Assembly (NCBI GenBank): GCA_964016885.1
Contig: OZ024743.1
Span: forward strand, 2,914,001-2,978,000
From: Eledone cirrhosa
Lineage: Eukaryota
Reading direction: 5' to 3'
Length of the DNA stretch: 64,000 nt
A program made the position numbers and the translations under genes. Shown here in pieces: positions 1-11,060 of the stretch. Numbering within the stretch: position 1 is the stretch's first letter; every line of letters starts with the position of its first letter. The notes beneath the pieces are model-generated. The model searched no databases and was not told the DNA's origin. It saw only the letters and a list, made by a program, of their open reading frames with translations.

Positions 1-6
1 CTATAA

Positions 7-310
7 TTTCAAAAATAAGATTTGGAAAGATTTAGTAACATAATTATCTTTCTCATTAAGTTGGATCCTACATTAAATTATGATGGAAAGTTTTTAAATA
101 AATATAAACACTTTAAACCCTTTTGTTACCATATTTTTAATGAAAGATATTGTCTATGGTTTTCAAATCATTTTGAAAATAATCAAGAATTTGAAAGGAT
201 TTAGTAACATAATTTTCTTATTATTATTTTGGTATTTGGAACATCTTAACAAAGGTTCGTGCATAAAATTATGATGGAAGATTTTTTAGATAAATATAAA
301 TACTTTAAAA
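7..310. repeat. Diverged tandem duplication (~170-190 bp unit), probably an old MITE interior
   Basis: GATTTAGTAACATAATT...AAATTATGATGGAA...ATAAATATAAA occurs twice; similar sequence at ~32890-33000 lies upstream of a ...AAGGGTTAA end. Confidence 0.55.
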
Positions 311-1864
311 TAAATAGTCTTCTACTGAAGAATCAGGGGTGGTTTCAGGTGGTTTGTGACTAAAAGAGTTAACCTCCCTTCTTCAACCTTTCTTGATATT
401 GCTGTTGTCATTGTATCTGTTCCATGCCCCACCTCCACCTTATATCACCCCCACCTCATTTTCCCTTATCATTGTAGCTGAACCATTTTCCATCCCACCT
501 CCCAGACATTTTTCCTCTCCCCTTCTCGCTTCATTTTCCTATTCCATTACTTGATCTATAATAAATTTCATTATTCTAACTGCTCCCCCTCCTTGCTTTT
601 GGTGATGAACCCAATGTCTTGCCCCTCTCCTTGTTCCCCACAGCTGTCCTACTTTAGTAAAAAAAAACCATTCACATCCACATCATAATGGCTGTTTATT
701 CAATGGGATTCTTATATCATCTTTCTTCATTTCTTAATAAACACAGAAACTACCCCCTCTCTCTCCTTGAACACTTTTCAAACTAATTCTATCCACCACC
801 TTTACCACAATCCCTACCAACACAACCTCCACCAAACACCACTTCTACAACCACCACCTCGACCACAACCACAATCAACAACACCTCCACAACCACCCCT
901 CAACCACCACCAGCACAAATACTATGAAAAAGTGGGTGTAAAAAGTGATGAGAATGATGGGGGATAATGTATATATCTATCTATTTATCTATCTAACTAT
1001 TTATTTATTTATCTATCTATCTATCTATCGATTTGTGTGTTTGTAGGAGTGTATGTGTTTGTATGTGTACAATGTGTCTGTGTGTATGTCAGATTGTTTA
1101 AGTTTGTGACTGGGAGTGTTTATGTCTGTCTGCCTGTAGGAATGTATTATTACCATATGCAACAAGACATAGTGCAATATTTTTGTGTGGTGAAATGCTA
1201 AAAGGAATTGTATTTGTTTTGTTCTTTATCCCTTTTGATGCCAAACCACATGAAACTGCATCTTGTTTTGTTAAGTGTTATATTTATTTATAGATCTTCC
1301 ATCATAATTATATGTAAACCTAATAATGAGAAAGTTAGTTATATTACAAAAGCCCTCCAAATTCTTGATTCTTTTTTTCTCTTCTTTTAATGACCAAGTT
1401 ATTTTATTTTTCAAAGCTGTTTATACAAAAGTAAAACGCTATTAAATGGGGGGAAAAAAGGAAATGAAAAGAAGAAAAATAAAAAAGAATCAAGCAACAA
1501 AAGAAAGAGAAAGGGTGAGGGACAGACACTACACCCTTGTCTGAGTGGTGTCTCAGCCGCGCTCTGCAGACAAAATGGCAAAGCATTACCACAGAGAATA
1601 GCCTGAGAGACCTGCTGCAACAGCCACCCCACCTCATAGGACTCCGTCCTCAAGTGGACTACTGTTGTTTCTGATTTCACAGAGGAAATCAGCAGTGTGG
1701 GGACTAAGGACAACAGATGTCTCGACAGAGACCCTGTACAAAGCGGAAGTGGTCGGTCAGGCCCTGGTATTTAACTGTCTTCTTCTTCTCTGCATTGTGG
1801 GCAGCAGAATGACAAGTTTGGAGGCAGAAAATGAGTCATAGCGCATCATGTCCCAAATCAGGGA

Positions 1865-2250
1865 TTTTCTGGCATGTTTGCATGTCTACAAATTATATAT
1901 GTGTATATATTTATACATATTGGTGCAGTCTCTGTTGACATAACTTTATCATACATTTTGGCTAATTATATGCAAATTTGTATGTCCATTTTAGAATAAT
2001 ACTGTGAGCGAATGGGTATATATACCCATCAAGTATATACTTCTGTGTCCTTGATTGGATGATATACACACCTTTTGATGAGGGTTCAATAAAGTATGAA
2101 AATCGATTAAAGATGTCTAATATTTACCGGGAAATTCGTATTTTCTGGCATTTTTACATGCCTACATATTAGATATGTGTATATATTTATACATGTTGGT
2201 GCAGTCTCCATTATACACACTGTGTTTATGCAGATATAACTTTATCATAC
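1865..2250 (+). repeat. Partial tandem direct repeat (1865-1955 / 2140-2250) bracketing a degenerate hammerhead-like motif; Penelope pseudo-LTR-like
   Basis: ATTTTCTGGCAT...TATGTGTATATATTTATACA...TTGGTGCAGTCTC...ATAACTTTATCATAC occurs twice; between them ctt-TTGATGA...GAA-AATCGATT-A-aag (2072-2112) with palindromic stem III but unpaired stem II. Confidence 0.45.
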
Positions 2251-2321
2251 AGATACACACACACATACATGGTTGTGGGTGTATATATATATATATATAG
2301 AATGTATGTATTTGCAAACAT

Positions 2322-3087
2322 ATAAACAAACTAAGGAAAAAATTAGAAATAAGAGGGATCAGATGTTTACTCGAGAGAAGGCTACGTTGATGCGCATGAA
2401 AGACGATAGCTGTATAACAAAGTACAGGGCAATAAAGATAGACGGTAGTCACGGAGTAGGCAGACCCAGAAAAACCTGGGACGAGTTTATAAATTCCGAC
2501 CTCACACACTTACACCTCTCCAAGACAATGTCACTGAACCGAGACCTTTGGCGGTACTCAGTAATAGAGAAGACCCGCCTTACCTAAATACAAAGTAAAA
2601 CCTACTACAGTCAGTAGACATCTCTAACAAAATACACCCCCGTCCCACCACCACCCCACCCCATCCACACCGCCCCTTTCAATGTAAAGTTATGTTGGTG
2701 CCACAACATCCAGGCCGAAACAAATGAGAGCGTGTAGGTGTCACAACAAAAAAACACACAGTCCACGCTGTAATGTGGCCGTGTAGGCAACACGGTAAAA
2801 ACCTCCCAGCCCCACACTAAATGTGGTTGGTGTTAGGAAGGGCATCCAGCTGTAGAAAACCCGCCAGACAGTCCACGCTGTAATGTGGCCGTGTAGGCAA
2901 CACGGTAAAAACCTCCCAGCCCCACACTGTAAATGTGGTTGGTGTTAGGAAGGGCATCCAGCTGTAGAAAACCCGCCAGACAGTCCTATGCGAGCAAGAC
3001 AATCACTCTTGCCTCAAGTGGGAAAACCCCCGTCCAAACCCATGCAAGCGTGGAACACGGACGTTAAACGTTGATGATGATGATGAT
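2322..3087 (+). mobile_element. 5'-truncated RTE LINE copy, same family as 3185-6893
   Basis: Near-identical to 6221-6893 (ORF end KTRLT*, 3'UTR, (TGA)n tail); carries a 110/112-bp tandem duplication at 2758-2979. Confidence 0.92.
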
Positions 3088-3184
3088 ACCTAATGACAGC
3101 CAAAGCCCCCCCCCCCCCCCCCCTTTTTTTTTCAGGAAACACACTGGAGACAATATTCTTGTGTGTGTGTATATATATATATAT

Positions 3185-6100
3185 CACCAGTATTATTATT
3201 ACGCGGACCAATCAGAAGCCAGAGGCCTATACTATCGCTTGCCTGGTTGCCTTTCGATATATGATGGATGGATGGACTGCGGAATCCTGGAGAGTGGAGG
3301 AGAGAGAGAAAAATCTGGACGCTCAGCGACAATGCCAAAGATAAAGACAAATTCACCTCTTGGACGAGAATGCGAGCACTCCTCATTGTTTCGACCGCGG
3401 ACGGCTAACATAACCCCATCGCCCCCCGCCCCCCACTGCCCCCAACCCCCAAACGCAATCCAAAACTTCAGAGTTGGTACCATAAATGTAGGCACCCTAA
3501 AGGGTCGCGCTAACGAGGTTGTAGAAATGCTTGAACGTAAGGAGGTCGATGTTTGTTGTATTCAAGAGACCAGGTGGAGGGGTGGGTCTGCTAGATTCAT
3601 TGAGGGTAAAAAACGATGTTATAAGCTTTTCTGGGTGGGAAATGACGATGGGCTGGGTGGAGTAGGAATCATGGTAGCAGAAAAGTGGGCAGATAAGATA
3701 ATAGACGTAAATAGAGTGAACGACAGAATAATTAAAATACGACTTGTCCTCAATAGAACTACGGTGACAGTAATATCTGCGTACGCACCCCAATCCGGAC
3801 TGCCCGGCACTATAAAAGACAGATTCTATGAGACACTGATGCTAACTACCTCCCAAATATCCGACAGTGACTATATAATTATTGCAGGCGACCTAAATGG
3901 TCACGTTGGACAACATTGTGACGGCTACGACGAAATCCATGGAGGCTATGGGTTTGGTACTAGAAATGAGGAAGGCTCCAGAATCCTGGAATTCTGTGAT
4001 GCAAATAACCTAACTATCTGTAACACTAACTTCAAAAAACGTGACAATCACCTGATCACCTATAGATCCGGGGAACACACAAGCCAGGTAGATTATATCC
4101 TTACCAGAAGACGTGACAGAGTGTCTGTTGTAAACACTAAATCCCTCCCCCATGAAGAATGCACCTCCCAACATAGACTGATAATTAGCGACCTCATAGT
4201 CAGGACGAGACGTACTCGACAGCAGAAGAGGACTATCCTCAGGAGAAAAATATGGAAGCTAAAGGACCCCACAGCCAGGAATAAATTTCAAAGCATATTA
4301 CTTGATGCTTTCGACAGTAAGGAAGAACATTTAGAGTCGGACAATATAGAGGGAGAGTGGGAATTTCTGAAAGCAAACCTGCTGTTGGCGACAGACGAAG
4401 TCTGTGGCTGGAGCAGGCCTGTAGGCAGGAGGAGAGTAACATGGTGGTGGAACAGTAAGGTGGAGGGGTCAATTAAGGCCAAAAAGCAGGCTTGGAAAGT
4501 ATGGCGGGATGGGGGAAGTAGAGAAGACTATCAAGTGGCCAGGAGGGAAGCTAGGAGACAAGTGTACTTAGCAAGAAGGGAAGCTGAGGAAAGAAAGTTC
4601 AAGCATGTTCTACAACGCGATGACCAAAAACGTGAGGTGTTCAGGATTGCTAGGCAATGCGTCAAGGAAAACCGTGATATTGTCGGGGAGAAGTGTGTAC
4701 TAAACGACGATGGCACACTTGCCATCACCGACGCTGATAAGAAGGTAGCTTGGAAGTGTCACTATGAAAGGCTACTAAATGAGGAGAATAAATGGGAGAA
4801 AGACAGTCTCCCCCATATCGACCCAATAGAGGGACCAGCAGTGTTAGTCGAGGGGAGTATAATAAGTAAGGCAATCAAGGATATGAAGACGGGTAAGGCG
4901 GCTGGGCCTTCGGAAATAGTTGCTGAGATGCTGAAGGCATCTGGCACGGTGGGACACACCATGGTCACCCGCATAGTTAACCAAGTCGTACAGAATGGGG
5001 TTGTTCCGAAGGACTGGCATAGCAGCATCATCGTTAACTGTTATAAGGGTAAAGGAGACGCCCTCGATAGGAGTAACTATAGAGGCATTAAATTAATCGA
5101 CCAGGTCATGAAGGTCACGGAAAAAGTAATAGCGCAACTAATCAGAGAGAGAATTGACCTAGATGAAATGCAGTTCGGGTTTGTGTCAGCCAAAAGTACC
5201 ACAGACGCTCTTTTCATAGTACGACAACTACAGGAGAAGTACCTAGCTAAAGGTAAACCCCTCTACTTAGCTTTTGTCAACTTGGAGAAAGCCTTCGACA
5301 GAGTCCCCCGCTCCATTATCTGGTGGGCTCTTAGAAAACTAGGCGTTGACGAATGGCTTGTGAGGGCTATACAAGCCATGTATAAAGAAACAGTCAGCAA
5401 GGTTAGAATTAACAACGAATATAGTGAAGAGTTTAGCGTAAAAGTTGGCGTCCATCAGGGCTCTGTTCTCAGCCCCCTATTATTTATTATTGCCCTTCAG
5501 GCTATAACAGAGGAGTTCAAGACAGGCTGCCCATGGGAACTCCTATACGCAGACGACCTGACACTCATAGCGGAATCAATGGCCGAGCTAGAGAAGAAAT
5601 TCCAAACATGGAAGCACGACCTAGAGTCAAAAGGACTTAAAATTAACCTGGCTAAGACCAAAGTTCTAGTTTGTAGGAAAGAAAACAAGGCGGCGGTCCC
5701 TTCTGGGAAATGGTCGTGCTCGGTGTGTAGGAAAGGCGTAGGTAGAAACTCCATTTTATGTCCTAAATGCAAAGTATGGGTGCATAAAAGATGTAGTGGG
5801 ATCACAGGTAAGCTAACTAAGAACATAGATTTTACATGTGGCCGGTGTTCTGGTGCAATAAGTAGCAGCAAGTGCCCACAAAATACTAGCTCTTTCAATT
5901 GCGCAGAGGGTTCTATAGAAATAGTGGACAGCTTCCGTTACCTGGGCGATAAAATCAGCAGTGGGGGAGGGTGCTCTGAAAGTACTGTAGCTAGAGTCAG
6001 AACTGGTTGGAAAAAGTTCAGAGAGCTTATACCACTATTAGCTGCTAAAGGGTTCTCCCTAAAAATGAAAGGCAGGTTGTACGATGCCTGCATACGAACA

Positions 6101-6893
6101 GCAATGCTGCATGGCAGTGAGACCTGGGCATTGTGTGCAGAGGATATACGCAGACTAGAGAGGAACGAAGCCTGCATGCTCCGCTGGATGTGTAACAGTA
6201 ATATACATGAACGGCAAAGCATAAACGAACTAAGGAAAAAATTAGAGATAAGAGGGATCAGATGTTGTTTACTCGAGAGAAGGCTACGTTGGTATGGACA
6301 CGTGATGCGCATGAAAGTCGATAGCTGTATAACAAAGTGCAGGGCAATAAAGATAGACGGTAGTCACGGAATAGGCAGACCTAGAAAAACCTGGGACGAG
6401 CTGATAAACTCCGACATCACACACTTACACCTCTCCAAGACAATGTCACTGGACCGAGACCTTTGGCGGTACTCAGTAACAGAGAAGACCCGCCTTACCT
6501 AAATATATAGTAAAACCTACTCCAGCCAGTAGGCATCTCTAACAAAATACACCCCGTCCCACCACCACCCCACCCCACCCCATCCACCCCACACCGTTCT
6601 ATGTAAAGTTATGTTGGTGCCGCGCCATCCAGGCCGAAACAAATGAGATCGTGTAGGTGTCATGACAAAAAAACACACAGTCCACGCTGTAATGTGGCCG
6701 TGTAGGCAACACGGTAAAAACCTCCCAGACCCACACTGTAAATGTGGTTGGTGTTAGGAAGGGCATCCAACTGTAGAAAACCTGCCAGACAGTCCTATGC
6801 GAGCAAGACAATCACTCTTGCCTCAAGTGGGACTACCGCCGTCCAAACCCATGCAAGCGTGGAACACGGACGTTAAACGTTGATGATGATGAT
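3185..6893 (+). mobile_element. Apparently full-length RTE-clade (BovB-like) non-LTR retrotransposon
   Basis: Short 5'UTR with GGACCAATCAG, single APE-RT ORF, ~390-nt 3'UTR ending CGGACGTTAAACGT(TGA)n; flanked by (TA)n on both sides. 5' boundary approximate. Confidence 0.9.
3332..6502 (+). CDS. RTE ORF, 1056 aa: AP endonuclease + reverse transcriptase + PHD-type zinc finger
   Basis: APE motifs NVGTL, IQETRW, YAPQ, GDLNGHVG, VDYIL, SQH; RT motifs YRGIKL, QFGF, FVNLEKAFDRV, GVHQGSVLSP, YADD (5546-5557); C4HC3 at 5717-5848; C-terminal RLRWYGHVMR...GRPRKTW typical of RTE. ATG 3332 chosen over the ORF-track start 3071, which runs through the preceding repeat tail. Confidence 0.93.
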   Translation: MPKIKTNSPLGRECEHSSLFRPRTANITPSPPAPHCPQPPNAIQNFRVGTINVGTLKGRANEVVEMLERKEVDVCCIQETRWRGGSARFIEGKKRCYKLFWVGNDDGLGGVGIMVAEKWADKIIDVNRVNDRIIKIRLVLNRTTVTVISAYAPQSGLPGTIKDRFYETLMLTTSQISDSDYIIIAGDLNGHVGQHCDGYDEIHGGYGFGTRNEEGSRILEFCDANNLTICNTNFKKRDNHLITYRSGEHTSQVDYILTRRRDRVSVVNTKSLPHEECTSQHRLIISDLIVRTRRTRQQKRTILRRKIWKLKDPTARNKFQSILLDAFDSKEEHLESDNIEGEWEFLKANLLLATDEVCGWSRPVGRRRVTWWWNSKVEGSIKAKKQAWKVWRDGGSREDYQVARREARRQVYLARREAEERKFKHVLQRDDQKREVFRIARQCVKENRDIVGEKCVLNDDGTLAITDADKKVAWKCHYERLLNEENKWEKDSLPHIDPIEGPAVLVEGSIISKAIKDMKTGKAAGPSEIVAEMLKASGTVGHTMVTRIVNQVVQNGVVPKDWHSSIIVNCYKGKGDALDRSNYRGIKLIDQVMKVTEKVIAQLIRERIDLDEMQFGFVSAKSTTDALFIVRQLQEKYLAKGKPLYLAFVNLEKAFDRVPRSIIWWALRKLGVDEWLVRAIQAMYKETVSKVRINNEYSEEFSVKVGVHQGSVLSPLLFIIALQAITEEFKTGCPWELLYADDLTLIAESMAELEKKFQTWKHDLESKGLKINLAKTKVLVCRKENKAAVPSGKWSCSVCRKGVGRNSILCPKCKVWVHKRCSGITGKLTKNIDFTCGRCSGAISSSKCPQNTSSFNCAEGSIEIVDSFRYLGDKISSGGGCSESTVARVRTGWKKFRELIPLLAAKGFSLKMKGRLYDACIRTAMLHGSETWALCAEDIRRLERNEACMLRWMCNSNIHERQSINELRKKLEIRGIRCCLLERRLRWYGHVMRMKVDSCITKCRAIKIDGSHGIGRPRKTWDELINSDITHLHLSKTMSLDRDLWRYSVTEKTRLT

Positions 6894-7299
6894 ATATATA
6901 TGTATGTATCTATATAAATTAATTTACATTCCATCAACACTAATTACACTAATACTAAATTTCATTTAATTTCTATTAATTCTCTAGGGAATATTTTGAC
7001 CAACTGCTTTGCTTAATTGCTTTATTTGATTTTTTACAATTTGTTTTCTTTCTCTATAGCTTAGGATATTTTCTCCAAAAGCAACATTTTTTCATGAACC
7101 CCTAAAATACTACTCTGGACACACAATTTACTCTTTTTTTTTTGTGGACCCTGGTTGAGAACCACTGTTGTAGATGAAGTTAATGTTAGTATTCAAGGAA
7201 TATTCATTCTTTTACCCCTTGTCTACCCTCTCGCCTTCACAACCTAAAGTAATGACAAAGAGTACTGGGAGGCAGGAGTGAAAGGTGAGGAGGTGGTGT

Positions 7300-7500
7300 A
7301 ATTCTTCCTAATATTGGCACAAGGCCTGTAATTTGTGGAAAAGAGAAAGTTGATTATATCAATCGCAGTATTTAACTGGTACTTTATTTTATCAACTCCA
7401 GAAGGATGAAAAAAAAAATTGACCTCGATGGGATTTGAATTCAGAATATAGAAAGTCATAACTAAATACTGCAAAGTATTTTGTGTGACACTCTACCAAG
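7300..7500 (-). mobile_element. Degraded tRNA-derived SINE (family B, Meta-domain-like)
   Basis: Reverse complement of TTCAAATCCCA..GAGGTCAA..TTCATCCTT..GATAAAATAAAGTACCAGT..CCTTGTGCCAA, shared with 32639-32823. Confidence 0.75.
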
Positions 7501-8216
7501 GCGCTGTAATTTTAATAAGAAAAATTATTAAAGAATTTTTAATTACCATAAATAAACAGTCCCATAACATAGAAACCTTGCCAAATATGAAAGCTATAAG
7601 TATGAGAAGTCACTCTAATCCATCTGGTCTCAAGCCATGTGAACCTGTCCTGTCCATACCAATGTAGAAAGCCAGCATAAGATGATGATGATGATGATAA
7701 TTCTTTGCAACATTTGCAGTGTGGATAAATCAGATTCAATTTTTAAAGTTATAACTTTTCTATTATTATTAACTTCTCAAAAAAGAAAAAAAATGTTTGT
7801 GATTTTCATAATTGGCATGGAAAACTATATTTGTGTATAAATTTAATTTAAACTCAGACCATGTATGTGTGTGAAACAGAAAATATTTGGTTGGGCTTGG
7901 CATATGAAGAAAGATTAGCAATAGAAAGAGTGAAGGTCACACATGTTTTCTCATCAAACTGCAAACAATTTAAACAGATTTGGAATTAAATACTGTAGAG
8001 TTGATAAGAAGTCCATAGTAAAAATTGTTGCTTTGACTACATAGATGACAAAGATTTAAAGAAACTGAAGCATTCAGTGATAGTTGCTGAATAAATTTCA
8101 GTTTGTCAGGCCCACGTGTTCTCCCTAAGGACTATATTCCAAAATTACTTTAGTCTCATAATCCAAAGTTTTACATAGTTTAGTTACTCAATATAATAAA
8201 GAACTCTCTTTAACTT

Positions 8217-9096
8217 TTAACCCTTTAATGTTCAAACCGGCCAGAATTCTCGACCTCTTTCTGTTGAAACTGGCTGTAACTGGTCGCTCAAACTGATGTT
8301 AAGGTATTGTTCTCAAAATAAATATTTTCAAAATCTCATAGATTCGATATTATGTGAGATAATTATGCGAGGTAAAGCCTTTACCATGAAAATATAATAG
8401 TATATATATAGATTACGTAGATTAGAGAGAAACGAAGCCTGCATGCTCCGATGGATGTGTAACAGTAATATACGTGAACACAAAGCATAAAGGAATTGAG
8501 AGAGAGACTGAGCATAAGAGGAATCAAATGCTGCGTGCAGGAGAGGCGGTTACGCTGGTATGGACATGTGATGCGTATGAAGGATGACAGCTGCATAAAA
8601 AGGTGCAGAGCACTAGAAGTTGATGGAAACCGCGGAGTGGGGAGACCCAAGATGACTTGGGATGAGGTGATAAAAGCCGACCTTACCCAACTACACCTCT
8701 CAAAGTCAATGACACACGACCGTGACTTCTGGCGTCACGCAGTAATACAGGGTACCCGACCTCCCATGGGTACATGCTGAAGCATATAAACAATATGCCC
8801 CCACACCGCAAGGTGGTCGTGGAGGTGCCACGGCAAAAAAGCACCCAGCCCACACTGTAAAGTGGACGTGTAGGCGCCACGAAAAAGCACCCAGCACTCA
8901 CTGTAAATGAGGTTGGTGTTAGGAAGGGCATCCAGCTGTAGAAATCAAGCCAGATCAGTTCCTGTATGAGCAAGGCATGGTCAGCCGACCAGACACTGCC
9001 CACAACAGGACAACCCGTCTAACCCATGCTAGCGTGGAAGAACGGACGTAAAACGGTGATGATGATGATAGAGTAATGTGAATGCTAAAGGGTTAA
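8217..9096. mobile_element. piggyBac-like MITE (TTAA target, CCCTTTA termini) interrupted by an RTE fragment
   Basis: TTAA-CCCTTTAATGTTC ... GAATGCTAAAGGG-TTAA; uninterrupted copy at 35443-35672; partial copy at 16268-16330. Confidence 0.8.
8411..9069 (+). mobile_element. 5'-truncated RTE LINE (related subfamily) inserted in the MITE's TA tract
   Basis: Encodes ...IRGIKCCVQERRLRWYGHVMRMKDDSCIKRCR...GRPKMTWDE; RTE 3'UTR and (GAT)n tail. Confidence 0.9.
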
Positions 9097-9188
9097 CATC
9101 CTGTACCACACGAAACAACTATAGCAAGACATTCTTGAAAAGTATAAAACAGCAGTATGACTGCATCACATTGAAGTCATTAACTTAA

Positions 9189-9723
9189 CTAGCAGAAAAC
9201 CACCCTTCAGGTGGTTTTCTGCTAGCATGTGTAGTGTGTATATTGATATTATACGCAAGTATATATACATGTAGATATGATACATTAAATAAAATCGTAA
9301 TTGACATTAAAAACAGAAATTGAACGAAGACGTCGTTACACTGTCTTATGTAATCAGTAACGTAATCCATGATACATTAAAAAAAGACGATATTATATAT
9401 AAATTGCATTAGGAGAAAGTTAGTATGTTTATTTAAGTGATCGCCACCGGAAGTGTTGACATCACACACTCTCTCTTTGTATATATATGGTAGTTGAAGT
9501 AGTGGTGGTGGTGGCAACGATATACCGGAAGTGCAACTTTGAAAAGAAGTCAATTTTAAATTATTTATTTTTACGAAATTATTTTTGTTTACGAAATTTA
9601 GTAGATAAATTATGTAATATTCATTCATTATTTATTCAAAGTAATCCAACTTATTTTACTAACAGGATAAAAAAAAAAAAAACTGTACGCAGTCGCGCAG
9701 ACCTTCCTTTATTATAGTTTAGA
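9189..9723 (-). mobile_element. Non-autonomous Helitron (535 bp)
   Basis: Minus strand reads A|TCTAAACTATAATAAAGG...hairpin...CTAG|T: 5' TC, 3' CTAG, AT target, no TSD; joined flanks restore the host repeat seen at ~31068-31100. Confidence 0.82.
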
Positions 9724-10392
9724 TACTGGAAATTTCCACAATTTGTCCACTGGTTAAGACACTAAACATTTAACTTAACAAACCACATGAAACCACATGA
9801 GCAACACAACACTATGACTGCATCACATTAAAAAACTAATATTTCTACTTTTTTGAAAAGTGTAAAATAGTGCAAATAATTGAAAAGTATAAAGTACTGC
9901 AAATGTTCACAACAATCTGTTCACTAGTTAAGATACTATAAATATTTTAATTAAAAAAACAAAATGTTTTTAGGTATTTTCTACTAAATTATTGTTGGAT
10001 GTTAAGAGTTAAGTAAACATTTTTAGGGAAGGTAAATATTCAGATAGCCAGCTCTTTAATAGTATCTTTATTAGTGAACAGATCATTGTGAAAATTTACA
10101 AATAAAGACTTTCACTTTTTATGTTATGTACTCATAGTGCTGACTTATATTTTTTATGAATGTTTTGCTGATGCAGTTTTATGCAATATAGGATGAGAGG
10201 AGTTAAAATCAAGTGTGTGTGTGAGAGAGAGAGAGTTGGTTTTAAATAAACTTTTAAGTGCATGTCATGAAATGGTATATTACACACGCACGCGATGGCT
10301 GACTGAATACACATTTTTTTCTCAAAACATTTTTTTTCTTTCCTTCCTCTTCTCACTCTATCTTTCTATTTCATCTTTTATTCCTCATTCTA

Positions 10393-10428
10393 TCTTCTGA
10401 TAAAGGACTAGTGTCCGAAATGTAAAGG
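10393..10428 (+). ncRNA. Degenerate minimal type I hammerhead ribozyme motif
   Basis: tctt-CTGATAA-A-GGAC-tagt-GTCC-GAAA-TG-TA-aagg; core G>A change; flanks homologous to the 11812 copy. Confidence 0.6.
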
Positions 10429-10674
10429 CTCTTCTACTATATCAAGTGATAAACTAATATATTTCTTCATTGCATTGTGTTATTTTCTTTGTTCTTTCTA
10501 TTTACTTTTTGCACGCACACACACACACATACACACACATACACACACCCCTCTCTGATGAGATATTAATTCCAGAGTCAGGTGCAATCAATACCGATCA
10601 TAATTTGAGCTGATTTATCGTGAAACGTGCGTTACATGTGAATAAATATAAAGATGCTATGTTGATACTTCATT

Positions 10675-11060
10675 CCAGTTCAAATCCCACCAAAGCTAGC
10701 TTTGCCTTTCAACTTTACAGGATTGATAAAATAAAGTACCAGTAATACACTGGGGACGATTCAATCAACCTACCCCTCCCCTAAAATTGTTGGCCTTGTG
10801 CCTAAATTAGAAACTATTATTGTTATTAGGGTGGTGGATTTGCAATATATGTAGAGCATCTGACAACATACTTTGCAGCATAGAGTTTCAGCCCTTTACA
10901 TTCTGAGTTCAAATCCTACTGTGGTTAACTTTGCCTTTCATTCTTATGGGGTTGATAAAATAAAATATCAGTAACAATACACTAGGGTCGATTTAATCAA
11001 CTTTTCCCTCCACAAAAATTGTTAGCCTTGTGCCTAAATCAGAAACCATTATTATTATTA
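10675..11060 (+). mobile_element. Two tandem family-B SINE copies (first is 5'-truncated)
   Basis: GTTCAAATCC..CTTTGCCTTTCA..TTGATAAAATAAAGTACCAGT..CCTTGTGCCTAAAT..AGAAAC(ATT)n occurs twice. Confidence 0.8.

Larger units (their letters stand above)
8210..10012. mobile_element. Outer TTAA-bounded non-autonomous DNA element, interrupted by a MITE and a Helitron
   Basis: Removing the inserts gives left end TTAACTTTTAACATCC versus reverse complement of right end TTAACTCTTAACATCC; interior matches 30840-31392. Confidence 0.7.

Noticed and set aside
1404-1860. GC-richer segment with short ORFs as a possible exon
   Set aside because: No recognisable protein motif or consistent splice sites; left unassigned.
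3071-3331. N-terminal extension of the RTE ORF (MMMMM...PPPPP)
   Set aside because: It reads through the upstream copy's (TGA)n tail, poly-C and TA repeats; ATG 3332 is the plausible start.
3185-3331. HDV-like ribozyme in the RTE 5'UTR
   Set aside because: Known in some RTEs, but I could not build the nested double pseudoknot by eye.
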